DNA of 61,672 nucleotides. It comes from Octopus bimaculoides. Taxonomy: Eukaryota. The notes below the pieces were generated by a model, which was not told the DNA's origin, did no database searches, and saw nothing but the letters and a program-made list of their open reading frames with translations. Position 1 is the stretch's first letter. Every line of letters begins with the position of its first letter. The translations under genes and the position numbers were made by a program. Where the stretch lies: positions 9,047,814 to 9,109,485 of the forward strand of contig NC_068990.1 of assembly GCF_001194135.2 (NCBI RefSeq), given 5' to 3'. Of this stretch, positions 13,309-27,900 are shown in pieces.

Positions 13309-16300
13309 TATTTCTTTATTGTACACAGGAGGCTAAACATAGAGGGGACAGACAAAGGGATTAAGTCGATTGCATCAACCCCAGTGCATAACTGGCACTT
13401 ATTTAATCAATCCCGAAAGGATGAAAGCAAAGTCGACCTCAGCAGAATTTGAACTTAGGACATAATGGCAGACGAAATACCACTAAGCATTTTGCCTGGC
13501 GTGCTAATGATTCTACCAGCTCACCGCCCTACACACACATATAGAAAGAGAGAGAGAGTGTGAGAGACACTTAACTATCCTACTTGTCAAAAATGTCCTT
13601 TATTGATAGATATATTATCAGTCTCAAATTGTCAGCTTTTGTCTCTGAGTGCTTTGAACAACTCTTGTGATAAATATAGAATATCATCTAATTTTGTTAT
13701 TTTCCTAAGGCAAGAAATTTCTTTGTTTTAATCAACAGACTTCTAGTTCATGATTAACAGGGGATTTTCACTTGAGTATTTCCCTTTCGTCTTCTACTTC
13801 TTTCAGTCATTAGACTGCGGCCATGCTGGGGCACCACCTTAAGGATTTTTAGTTAAACGAACCAACCATAATACTTTTTTTTTTTTAAGCCTAGTACTTA
13901 TTCTATGGGTCTCTTTGCTGAACTGCTAAGTTACAGGGATGTAAATACACCAATACCAGTTGTCAAGTGGTGGGGGGGGACAAAGACACGCACACAGATA
14001 GGCTTCTTTCAGTTTCCATCTACAAATCTACTCAAGGTTTTGGTCAATCTGAGGCTATAGTAAAAGACATTTTCCCAAATTACTATGCAGTGGGACTGAA
14101 CCCAGAACCATGTAGTTCGGAAGCAAGCATCCTACGACAGAGCCACACTTGTGCCTAAAATGTAATCAACAAGGATTAACTGCAGCTTTCTTTTATCACT
14201 TCTATTATTTCCAAGAATTGGTTGTTAACAGATGTTTACAATTTGGCGAACTTTCTGCAATAATTTAACATATATGTGATGGATCTTTGCAGTTTCTCTA
14301 TTTTCCTCATTTGTTTTTTAGCTTTTTACTTCATGATGTTTATACTGTTCTTTAGATTTTGAGTTCAAATTCTATTATGGTCAACTTCACCTTCCATCTC
14401 TCTGGAGTCAAATATTAGGAGCAATATAATTGACTATTTCGTCCCCAAAATTCCAGGTTTTGTGCCTATGTGAGGAGCAATTATTATTAATGCAGGGTGA
14501 AAGGCAATGAGCTGACAAAATCGTTAGCACGCTCAACGAAATGCTTAGCAGTATTTTGCCTGTCGCTACGTTCTGGGTTCAAATTCCACCGAGCTCAACT
14601 TTGCCTGTCATCCTTTCGAAGTTGGTAAATTTAGTACCAGTGAAGTACTGGGATCAACATAATTGATTATCCCCAATTTCAGGTCTTGTGCCTATTGTAG
14701 AAAGGATTATTAATGTGGGCTGAAAGGCAGTAAGTTGGCAGAACTGTTAGCATGTTGGACAAAATGTCTTTACATACTGAGTTCAAGTTCCACTGAGGTT
14801 GACTATGCCTTTAAAATAAGTACCAGTCAAGTACTGAGGTTGATGTAATCAACTTACCCCTCTCCTCAGAAACTGTGAGACGTGTGCCAAACTGTGAAGC
14901 CATTTTTAGCAGAGAATGGAAAGGTGAATTGGTAGAGCGAAATACTGAATTCTTGACTTTTATCTTTTACTTGATTTAGTCATTAAACTACGGCCATGCT
15001 GGGGCATAGCCTTGAAGAGTTTTTAGTCGAATGAATTGAAACCCAATACTTGATTTTGTTAATCCTTGTACTTATTCTATCAGGCTCTTTTGCCAAACCT
15101 CTATGTTACGAGGATGTAAACACGACTTTAATTGTCAAGTGATGGTGCAGAGACAGACAGACAGACACACGCACACACATAGATATAAGTATATATTTAT
15201 ATAAGCTTTATATATATATATATATATATATATAGATAGATAGATATGAAAATATATATAAATATATTTATATATATTTTCAAATATATAGTGTGTGTGT
15301 TTTTATTGGCTAAACTGGCAACATGACCATCCCCAAATACAACAATATCTGTTTCAACACACGAATTCACATCAAGAATCTTGCAAAATAAATATATATA
15401 GATATATATATATAACATCCACCCCTAGGGGTCAGCCACACTTAAGTGGCAATATACTACACTTTATCGTGCAGTTACTGTTAATACTTCATTTAGAGAA
15501 TTAACATTGCTTGTTTTCACCTTTTCGATATCAGTGAAGAATTTCACTGGAAAAGAAGATATAAGATTGCCAGGTTTTTGTCNNNNNNNNNNNNNNNNNN
15601 NNNNNNNNNNNNNNNNNNNNNNNNNNNNNNNNNNNNNNNNNNNNNNNNNNNNNNNNNNNNNNNNNNNNNNNNNNNNNNNNNNNNNNNNNNNNNNNNNNNN
15701 NNNNNNNNNNNNNNNNNNNNNNNNNNNNNNNNNNNNNNNNNNNNNNNNNNNNNNNNNNNNNNNNNNNNNNNNNNNNNNNNNNNNNNNNNNNNNNNNNNNN
15801 NNNNNNNNNNNNNNNNNNNNNNNNNNNNNNNNNNNNNNNNNNNNNNNNNNNNNNNNNNNNNNNNNNNNNNNNNNNNNNNNNNNNNNNNNNNNNNNNNNNN
15901 NNNNNNNATCATCATCATCATCATCATCGTTTAACGTCCGCTTTCCATGCTAGCATGGGTTGGACGATTTGACTGAGGACTGGTGAAACCGGATGGCAAC
16001 ACCAGGCTCCAGTCTGATTTGGCAGAGTTTCTACAGCTGGATGCCCTTCCTAACGCCAACCGCCATATATATATATATGCACATGCACACACAAACAACC
16101 AGCTTCTTTCAGTTTCTGTGTACCAAATCCACTCACAAGGCTTTAGTCGACCAGAATCTATAGTAGAAGACGCACTCTCAAGGTGCCAAGCAGTGGGGCT
16201 GAACTTGAAACCATGTGGTTGGGAAGCAAGCTTCTTTCCACACTGAATTCAAATCTTGCAATGCTTGTCTTTGCCTTTTATTTATTCATTTATTTATTTT

Positions 16301-17415
16301 TTTGTTTCTGTATTAATATAATAAGTACCAACCAAGTACTATGGTTGATGTAATCAAGTGCATATTCTTTTCTACTCTAGGTAACAAGGCCCAAAATAGA
16401 TCGACCCCAGTGCACAACTGGCACTTAATTTATCGACCTTGAAAGGATGAAAGGCAAAGGCAACCTCAGCAGAATTTGAACTCAGATTGTAAAGACAGAC
16501 GAAATACCGCTAAGCATTTCACCCAGCATGCTAACATTTCTGCCAACTCAAGTACATATTTCTCCAAAAATGTGTGACCTTGTACCCCTGTTAGATATTT
16601 TAATAGCTTATTCCTGCCATCCTCATTTTTCACCATTTTCAAATGACTTATATTCTTTTTCTCTTACCACAGTGTTCTGGATTTGAGATGACTGGATATA
16701 CATCATATTTGAACTGCACAAGACAATTTTCCAATGCGTATATCAGAAATATACAAAGTAACGACAAGATATCAGTAAGAACCTATAAATGAATGTTTCT
16801 TTTGAATTTCAAAATTTTACCTGTCCATTCATTTAACGTCTATTTTTCCATGCAAGTAATTGGTTGGACAGGAACTTGTTCGACAAAGCATTTTATGGCC
16901 TTAACACTTTTGGTACCAACCTGCCTGAAACCGTCTCTAGCTCAGGAGTACATATATCTTATTTTCAAAAGTTCTGAATTAAAATCTTCTACCAAACCTT
17001 AGTCACAATTTATGTTCCTGACACTCACTTAATTATAACTAAGTTATTTTACTAATAAGTACTTGAAAGAAACACAGAGCATCTCAACAGAAATATGGTA
17101 ACAAAAGGGTTAATACCCTCCCTGTAACCAACCCATACCTGTTTTTCCAACATATTAAACAAATAATCAAATAGTTAATTAGATATTTAAGTGATGACTA
17201 ACAATAAGGAAGTGATATTAAACCAGTGTGTGTTGATTATTGTTCCCATAATAATGACCCTCACAAGACAAGATTTTTTTTTTCTATTCAATTCCCTTTT
17301 TGAAAGCACGGAATGACTTCTTGTAATGTGAAAAGAAATGTAAACATCATATCACCATTTTGCTGAGATGGTGATATGCAAGGCTCTGGAATGTGATCTT
17401 ACATACATGTGCCAG

Positions 17416-17447
<32 letters not shown>

Positions 17448-20400
17448 TTTTTTTTTTTCTCTCCTTGTTTCTTTCTGTGGAAGAGTGTAGGCTCAAAACG
17501 TTAAAGACTTTTTCAATTCCTGAGCGTTATACTTATACATCTATTTGTTTTCTACACCACCTGTCTTCGTCTGTTGTTTTTTTGTGAATTCTCCCTATAT
17601 ATATATTTGTATATATATGATTTGAGTTGATTTGATTTGATCTAGTTTCAGCTCATGAGCTGTGGCCATGTAGGGACACTACAATTTGGTGTTGCTACAT
17701 AGTTTTCACTAATTCTTTTTAGAAATTGACATGTGATGCATGAGTGAGTTTGATGCCACTGCCCACATCTGCACCTCCTGCTGTGAAGTTGGTTCATCGG
17801 AGACACTTGACAGTAATAGGTCCAGTTTCATTTTAATGGCACCTAAATCCACCCAATGCAGATCTCTCAAGTCCTTCTGGAGGATATTGAAGAGCTGTAG
17901 TCCCCTGAAGCCCAGACTGTTGCAGTATCTTGTCCTATATCTTGATGGCAAATTTGGAGTCCTTGGCACTATGCAGTGGTGCCCTGTTCTAGTATTTGTG
18001 TAAGTCTTAATGCCAAAGTTTGGGTCAAGACCGCCAGGATTTTCCAGATGTATGTTTATGGCATATCTTTCTCGCCTACACTTTAAGGAATAGAGTCTGA
18101 CATTGCACATCCAGTGGAAAATACCAGCTTCTAGATTTTGCATGTCCTCTAACTATACTGGTAACTGCATAGAAGTTATAGCAATTTTATTCAGAAGTTA
18201 GATCTTCTTGAAGAAACTTGCAATAGTCTTTAGAATGACATTTAAAAAAATCAACTCTAAAGTGATAATGACTAGAATCAAATAACATGTAACTCATATA
18301 CAAATATATGTCAGATATTCATGTTAATGTAATTAAATTAATTGCAGGGAATAATGTTACTGCAGCTATTGGTAGGCAGGCAGATTTAGGATAGAAATTC
18401 ATTTAGCTTTAGTTTAGGATGACATAAGAAAATGAGAGAAAAATATAAATTGTTGCAGCAGTCATTAAGGAATAATTGTTTTAGTTGTTGAGTCCTAATC
18501 AACTCTGCTTGAGCAGATATGTGATATGATTTGAGATAGCTGATATTCCATCAAAAATTTCAATGATCAACATTCTAAATATGACCTCTCCATCGTTATT
18601 ATCAGTTATGCTCTCCTAATATTTAGGATTCCGAGCAGGTGATTTAATAATGTAGTTCCTAATAAATGTCTCTGTGCAACAATGAAGCTCATTGATTATG
18701 CAATTTAGGCTGACACATTGACATTAGCAATCTTTGATCTTTCTAACACACTCAACCAGCTCCAACTAGCTGTAAAAGTATGTTTAGTGAGAAGGTACAG
18801 TATGGTATTGTAAATAGCAATGTAATTTATTGTTTCATGAACTTGCAGTGCTGTGCTCAAATCCTCCCAGTGGTACAATATGTAATAAATGTACTGTATG
18901 TGATGAAGACATGTGCCTGAACCATTTATGGCCATTATAAATCAGTGACTTTTCTGCACAATAATTCAAACTCTCTAGTAAAATATGTTAATGTGTTTTG
19001 TTCAGTGACAGAAAAATAACATTAATTAATTCAGTAACTAATAATATTTTAACCAGTTCAGTAAAGTAGGAGAGACAATTTCGCCTAAAACATTGTATCA
19101 CTTCCATCTATACTCCAAGATGAAAATGCAGCTCAAGGGTCACTGTTTTAACACTGTTGTCGAGATCAAGAGCGAACTGCAGAAAGTCCTCAACTCGCTT
19201 ACAGAAAATGACTTCCAGGCCAGATTCCAAAAGTGACAGGAATGCTGAGACTGGAGTATCGCTGTGCAAGGTGACTATTCTGAAGGAGATGATGTATAAA
19301 TAGATTATTTTTTATTAAATATAACTAGTCCCAGGACTTTTTGATACCACCTCGTACTTTTAGATGTAAACAGAAAAGAAATATCATTTTTAGGGACCCA
19401 AACAATGTCTCATTGTTTTGAAGGTTTTTTTTAAATATCTTTTGTATTGCTTCATAAATTGACAGGTGGTTGATGAAAACTTCAGTGGAGTGAAAGTTAG
19501 AATTTACTATCCAGCTGGAGTGAGTGAGAAAGACAAGACAAAATTATTACCTGGAATTTTGTATTTTCATCCTGGTGGATGGACCTTTGGCAGAATGGGT
19601 AAGTTAGAATGAAAGTTTTAGTTTTTAATTTATGTTTTAAGGAATGTATGAACATCATTTAATGTCTAATTTCCATGCTAGCATGGGTTGGACGATTTGA
19701 CAGGAACTGGTATGGCCAGGGCCACACCAGGCTCCATTATCTGTTCTGGTATGGTTTCTACGACTGGATGCTCTTCTTAATGCCAACCACTTTACAGAGT
19801 GTACTGGGTGCTTTTTATATAGCACCGGTACCAGTGGATGATAAAACATATATTCATGCCTTTTGTAAGAATTAAAGAACCAAATAACTTTACTCTTTCA
19901 CTGCTTTTTTTGGCATTTTGACTGTGGATCCAGTTTAGATGTTAGTTTGTTGGATGTTCATGTCCAGCTTCATGAAAATAAATGCCCTTAACCCTTTCGT
20001 TACTAACCCGGCCGTAGCCGGGCGAANNNNNNNNNNNNNNNNNNNNNNNNNNNNNNNNNNNNNNNNNNNNNNNNNNNNNNNNNNNNNNNNNNNNNNNNNN
20101 NNNNNNNNNNNNNNNNNNNNNNNNNNNNNNNNNNNNNNNNNNNNNNNNNNNNNNNNNNNNNNNNNNNNNNNNNNNNNNNNNNNNNNNNNNNNNNNNNNNN
20201 NNNNNNNNNNNNNNNNNNNNNNNNNNNNNNNNNNNNNNNNNNNNNNNNNNNNNNNNNNNNNNNNNNNNNNNNNNNNNNNNNNNNNNNNNNNNNNNNNNNN
20301 NNNNGAGGAAACAGGGTCTACCCATAGTCTTTCTCAGGAAGCGAAACCTTTAGACTTCTTTTTCATGCTTGTTTGAAATGATTACTGCGGAAACAAATCG

Positions 20401-22937
20401 TTACACAGAATGTAAACAAATCGGAAAAAAAGATAGCTTGCGGTTTCCTGCAACTGTAGATGAAATACGGGCATTTTTTGCCATAAATATTATTATGGGT
20501 ATTAGACAGTTACCCAGAATAACAAATTACTGGAGCGATCAGGAACCTTTTGGCGATGAATATATTTCCAGTATTATGAACGAGTACGATTCGTGAAGCT
20601 GAACCAATATTTACATGTGAGAGACACTAGCAGTACACCCCCACCCAGTACGTGGAGAACTTTGAGACAAAAATCATGCAATAGAATTGATTAAGAACCC
20701 TTTCTTTAATTATGTTCCAAATATCACATTAATATGTTGATAAATAAAAAAGTTACAGGTGTTTAATGAGACTAGTCTAAATTCATGATTATTTTAGAAT
20801 TTAATTGAAACTCATGACGGGTGTATTTTGGTCAGAAATATAGTAACGAAAGGGTTAAGTGGATTTCCATCAAAGTTCAGAGTTAATAGTTATAGCAGCT
20901 GTTTGATGTGATTGTGTGCACTTTTTATTTAAATCATAAGAAGAATGCAATCACTCTTGTTTATCTGTGCATGATTGGACATGCAATTGCAAAAGACTAC
21001 AAGAAATTGATGTAAGCAAACAGGAGCTGTGGCTTTCAAAACCACAAGTGGACTTTGTTTTATTCATTATCAGACAATGCTTGTACTACAATAGGTACTT
21101 GTTTAGTTAATCAGATTGTGTAGTGAGTTGTTATCTGAGGAGCTGGCATACTAATATATTCACCAACTGTAGCACAGATAAAGAAAATGCATTAGGTTAG
21201 AAGAAATTACAGATAAATTGTATTGGACAAGTCATAAAAGTGCAAAAGTAATTTTATGCATGGAGAAAGTGTTTGCATCAGTAGTATATCATGAGAGTGT
21301 GGTGGAGAGTGTGTGTGTGTGTGTGTTAAAGAGAGAGAGAGAAGAAGAGAGTAAAAGAAAGAACAAAGTGATGTGACTTGATGAAACCTTTCAAACTCTA
21401 TCTTCTGTATGACAATTGTTCCCAGCATTACTTAAATAGTTTTGACTTCTGAATTAGATGCCACCTTTACTTAAACTATCCATTTCTCATCCATTTGTCA
21501 CACAAAATGTCTCTCTCTCTCTGCTTCTTGATTATTTTATAAAACATTGATCTAATCATTCTTCTAAAATTAGTAATACCATGCTTTTCATTCCATGGTT
21601 TCTTGACATATGATAAATACATGGTTACAAGCCTGTCTGTAGCCTCGTCTCTCTTTTCAAATCTCAGCTTTTATAATTTATTCAGTAATAAATTCATAAA
21701 TTTTTAGATTTCATTTTTTTTTTCTATATTTTTTATATATAAATTTTACTGTATCCTTTAATAGGTGTTTCTCACAGTTTACTAGAGAGACTGACTCAGG
21801 AGACTGGCGCTGCATTCATTGATGTTGAGTGAGTAATTTCTAAAACATAAAGCCTTATTTTATATCTTTTTGATTAAGTAATTATTTAAATTTGCATTTT
21901 ATTCTATATTAAACTGTTTCTCTCTCTCTCATTCTCTACTATAACTACTCTTTCCAATGGAAATCATCTTTTTTCTTTAGAAAACAGACAGTATAAGACA
22001 TATGTGAACAGTGTGGTTTTATATTTATCTAGTAAAGAATTGCAAATCATCTGCTATGATATCCTCATCATTAAACATCTGTTTTCCATCCTGGCATGGG
22101 TTGGATGGTTTAACAGGAGCAGGTCAGCCAGTGATTCTTTGTTTTGACATGGTTTCTCCAGCTGGATGCACTTCCTAACACCAACCATTTTACAGAGTAT
22201 GCTGGATGTTTTTTACATGCTACCAGCATGGGTGCTTTTATGTGGCACTAGCACAGGTGCAAATGAAGTGTACAATGCACCAGCATGTGTGCATTTTACA
22301 TGTGTGTAATTTGAACGGAAAACATTTGTTTGAGCAGTATAAATTTTAGGAAAGCCTCAGCGTACATACACATAATGTGATGGTGCAATAAAAGCCATTG
22401 ACTGATAAACCCAAGAGTGATAACATCTATTCAGGTACAATGCATAGGTGCAACACACGTTGGGTGAAAGGACGTTGTGAGTTTATTGTAGAAGTTACTT
22501 GTGGTTAAAGTTGTGCTTTGTTTGATCATTTAATGTTTTGTTTTTTCTTTATTTTTTACACTAGCATGGGTTGGGTGAGTAGTTATTTAGGGCAAGATTT
22601 TACTATCAGATCTCGGAGTGGTTGGCGTTAGGAAGGGCATCCAGCTGTAGAAACTCTGCCAAATCAGATTGGAGCCTGGTGTAGCCATCTGGTTTCACCA
22701 GTCCTCAGTCAAATCGTCCAACCCATGCTAGCATGGAAAGCAGACGTTAAATGATGATGATGATGATCCTTTTCTGTCATCAATCTTTTACCTGTTTTTC
22801 AAGTTAAAGATTTTTTTTTAATTAAGAGATCCTTGAAAGCGCTGAGTGATTGGTTATAATGTCAGTATTTTACTCAAGCCAATGACAAGCATGGAATATC
22901 TACATTCATGCACATTTACACACACTCACATACATAT

Positions 22938-22991
<54 letters not shown>

Positions 22992-24942
22992 TTAGGATGG
23001 ACTGCTTTCAGTTTCTATCTGCCATATTTAGTCACAAGGCATAGGAAAAGACACTTGCCAAAGGTGTGCAGTATGTCGGGTAAGTGCCTTCTACATGTGG
23101 GATCGAACCTAAAACCACACGGGTATACTTGTACTTATATGATTATGTCTTAAAAAACAAAACAGACTGGATACTGTCAGTGTGAATATCTTTTATTACA
23201 AGCATTCTTGTGTTCGTTATAGACCTGAGCTAAACAATAACTGATTTGTTTTTGATGAGTGGTCAGCAATGACAATGAGTATCCAACGGTGAAATCATAA
23301 CAAGAAAAAAATAGATTGAAATTTATTTATGAAAGAAAATAAAACCAAAAATATTGTAGAAATTAACTAAAAATAAAGTAAATGTAAACCTTTCTGTTAT
23401 AAATGTTGATTTTAGTTATCAATTTTAATGTAATTTAGTTACCGACTGGCACCAGAACACATTTTCCCAGTTCCTTTCGATGACTGTCTAACAGCAACTG
23501 TACATATCTTGCGGAATGGTAGGGTGTATGGAATTGATAGTTCGCGTATAGCTGTTTCAGGTGAGTAAGCTTTTCTCAGTTGTTGAAAACAAAATCAACT
23601 TTATTTTCATGTTGGAAAACATCAACATTCATGTTATTGTTTTAGTCAGCTGTGAGCATTACAATATTTAATTTCATTACTGTATTCAAAGTTCTGATTT
23701 TTGTTGGAGTTAATGTGACCTAGAATTTCACCCAGAATTATTTCAGTTGTCTTCTCTGGTATGGAAATTGATCTAACACAATTGAGTCCAAATGCGCACG
23801 CTCATACATGTGCACATGTACACATATGTACAAAGAAATTGTCATTATCATGATCAGTCGATGAATTAAGTACCAGTTATGCGCTGGGGTTGATATAATC
23901 GGCTGGTCCCCTTCCCTAAAAATTTCAAGGCTTTGTGCCTAGAGCAGAAATAATTATCATAATAAGTGTATAATACTGTGGTGGAAATGCTAGAGAGATG
24001 GATAAAATACCTTGCAGTATTTCATAATTTTGTGTCACATTTTATGTTGTAATCCTACAAAGACTGCCCACACCTTTTTCTCCACCAGAGTTTATGAAAT
24101 AAGTACCAGTCATACATTGAAGTTGATTCAATCAACTACATTTTTTCTTACAAATGGAAAGTCTTGTGCCTATGATAATAATTATCATTTTATGAATTTT
24201 TTTTCTTGAAAATAATGTCATGCTTTCTTCTATATATCTTATAATCTAACTAACGGCATGATATTAAGTGCATTGTGGCCTTACATGATCAATATTACTG
24301 CATGAAATATAATACATACACTCTAGTGAAAATTAGCTTTTATTTGCAGGAGAATCACTTGGTCATTAGAAATTATGTTGCTAAATGTGACCATCTCACA
24401 TCTGTGCATTACTACCAACACTTCTGTTAGTTACAAGAATTGAATGGACACAGCTACTGCACTGAATACACTTAAACACTGACTTGGTCAAGCATCATCT
24501 TTAATCTGATATACATTATCTATTATTGCTTGTTTATTCATTCAATTAATTATCTTCCTACACGGCAAACAACACTTGTGGCACAATATTGGTGAAGTTG
24601 ATAGGTAAAAAGAAGTAAGATCAAAAATAGTAACTTGGTAATCTTATATGCTGCATGGGTTTTGGTTGTGGGAAAATACTTGAACTTAAAACTACAAGCA
24701 AGCAACCCATTCAATTTTTATGTGAGTTACTTGCTTCTAACAATCATTTCTACTGGTTAGTGGAGGTATGGGTTAGGATTAGGGTTTTGGCTCTGTGGTA
24801 AGTAGCTTGCTTACCAACCACATGGTTTCGGGTTCAGTCCCATTGTGTGGCACCTTGGGCAAGTGTCTTCTGCTGTAGCCTCAGGCCGACCAAAGCCTTG
24901 TGAGTGGATTTGGTAGATGGAAACTGAAAGAAGCCTGTCGTA

Positions 24943-24975
<33 letters not shown>

Positions 24976-27900
24976 GCGTGTGTGTGTGTGTGTGTGTTTG
25001 TCCCCCCCCCCCAACATCGCTTGACAACCGATGGTGGTGTGTTTACGTCCCCGTAACTTAGCAGTTCGGCAAAAGAGACCGATAAAATAAGTATTAGGCT
25101 TACAAAGAATTAGTCTTGAAATATAAAGGGGGTCCGCAAGTCAAAAAGTTTGAAAACCCCTGGTCTAAACAATGAAGATGAGAGGAGTAAATGGTTTAGA
25201 TTAATGAAGCAGTGAAACAGAAAACAAATGCCTTAGAAAGAAATTATGTTTGTACACTCTGTAATGTCTGATAGAAAATTTTAAAGAAGACTTGGCTTTC
25301 ATGACTTGCTTGACAATGCAGGCTAACGAAATGGTTAGAATTAGCATTGAACTCTGTGAGGTACTTGATATATAAGTGTCTTCCAAGGCTCTGATGTTGT
25401 TCTGTTTGTTTTAGTCTTAAAATGACAAGATTTCCACAGAATGTTGGTTTTTACCAACAACTTGGTTCTCATTGCAGAAACTACTGAATGGCTTCTGTCA
25501 ATCAACAATGATCTAAAACTTGTCAAAGTTTTATATACTTTAAATCCAATATACCATCCATTCCAAATAGGAGCTGCAGTTCTTATCAGACAACCATTAC
25601 ATCTATCAACAGAAGATATTTGTCAGATTTCCATTACATGAATACCAAAATACAGATGTTACTTTTTTTCCTTATCTTCTCATAAATTCCAATTTCAATA
25701 TTGTCTTTCTTTCACATACAACTCATCATTTCAAGAGTGCTCTCCTGAAAAACTTATATTCTTAATGTTGTCAGAACTCTAGATCTAAGAGATATTTAAG
25801 TTGTGTACAATTGTTTGCAATATATATTGTCGGAATATATTTGCCTATGTAATTCACTCATTCATTTTACATTGATCTTTTTTTCCATGCTTGCATGTGT
25901 TAAACTGACACATATTATAGAGACATTATTTCTCAGCTTAATGCTCTTTCTGTCATTAACCCTTGCCTGATTTTCGAGTAAGGGTGTTTTCATTCCATTT
26001 GTGTATGAAAAGTATTGAGCTACCAAATGATTTATTGATTGGGAAATGTCAACAGACATCACCATTCACAGCTCAGCAATTTTCATGAAAGGCACAGAAT
26101 ATTATCATTCACGCAAAGACACATGCATATATATATATATATGTATATATATATATGTTTATATATATATGTATATATATATATATATATANNNNNNNNN
26201 NNNNNNNNNNNNNNNNNNNNNNNNNNNNNNNNNNNNNNNNNNNNNNNNNNNNNNNNNNNNNNNNNNNNNNNNNNNNNNNNNNNNNNNNNNNNNNNNNNNN
26301 NNNNNNNNNNNNNNNNNNNNNNNNNNNNNNNNNNNNNNNNNNNNNNNNNNNNNNNNNNNNNNNNNNNNNNNNNNNNNNNNNNNNNNNNNNNNNNNNNNNN
26401 NNNNNNNNNNNNNNNNNNNNNNNNNNNNNNNNNNNNNNNNNNNNNNNNNNNNNNNNNNNNNNNNNNNNNNNNNNNNNNNNNNNNNNGCTTGAAGCAGTCC
26501 TGAATCTCTTGCGAAATGATGCTTTTAACACCTCTGTTGTTTTTTTTTCTTCACTTCTTCCACATCTGCAAAACGTTTTCCTCTAAGGACTCTTTTCATT
26601 TGGGGGAAACAAAAAAATGTTACAGGGTGCATGATCGGATGAATAGGGTGAGTGGGTAAGTGGAGTCGTGCCATTTTTGGTCAGAAACTGTTTCACACTC
26701 AAGGCAGTGTGCACAGGAACATTGTCGTGATGAAACCATCACTCTCCACTTTGCCACAGGTCAGAGTGTTTTCATCTCACCACGTCTTGCAAACGCTTCA
26801 GAACTGCCAAGTAAAATAGCTGGTTAACAGTTTGACCAAGAGGGACAAATTCTATGTAGACAATTCCTTTCACATCGATGAAACAAACCAGTATCGCCTT
26901 GACATGCTTTTTGGGGGCATGGTGACATTGAATGCTTCCTTTGACATCATTCAATGACACCAGTCAGTAGACTTATGCCTGAGGGTCACATCAAGTGGCT
27001 TCTAGTGGCAGAAGCCTGAACTACAATGGGCTTGTCTCACAGAAAACGTTTCCGGTTATTTTGTGGTACCCCCCTCGTATTGATAGATAGTCATGGATCA
27101 ACTTCTACGCAGATTAATCTTTTACTTTATTGAACCTCTAATGATCTCAGTCTGATAATCAGTTCAAAGATAAGCAATATTGATAACAAATCCCAGCATT
27201 ACAGTAACAATCAAGCTTCCTTCCAAAGATGTATATCTTGCTCAAGTAACATAGGTATTGATCATTTTCAATAATGCATTCTGCATATGAGATCATTCCA
27301 CTGAAAAGAAATCGCATCTCAGCAGGCAAAGCTTGTTTACCTAAAATAGCAATACTAGTAGGGGTAAGTCTAAGTCAAACATGAAACACTTAGAATAAAT
27401 TAATAGGAATTAATTCATCTGCAAAGACATTAAGTTTCAAAAGTTAAATGGCAAAAGCAAGAAAAAGGAAAGAAACTGCAGTTAATGTAAGAACAGGCAT
27501 TGCTCAGACAGCAGCAAGTGTCTCCAGATATATCCTCCATATGAAGAATTGTCACAATCAAATTAGTTTAATTTCATCATCATTAGTGTTAGGAAGGGCC
27601 TCCAGCCATAGAAACCAAGCCAAAACAAACTATGGAACCTGGTGTGGCCCCTGGCCTTGCCAATTCCTGTCAAGTCGTCCAACCCATGCCAACATAGAAA
27701 ACAGACATTAAATATCGATGATGCAGAGGATGAGGATCATCATCATCATCATTTTATTGTCCACTTTTCCATGTTCACGTGGGTTGGATGGAATTTGCTG
27801 AAGATACCCTTCCTATCACTAATCCTCACCTCTTTCCAAGCAAGGTAATATTTCCCCCAAGACCAAACATGTTTTCACAGAAAATTGGAGATAATGGACT

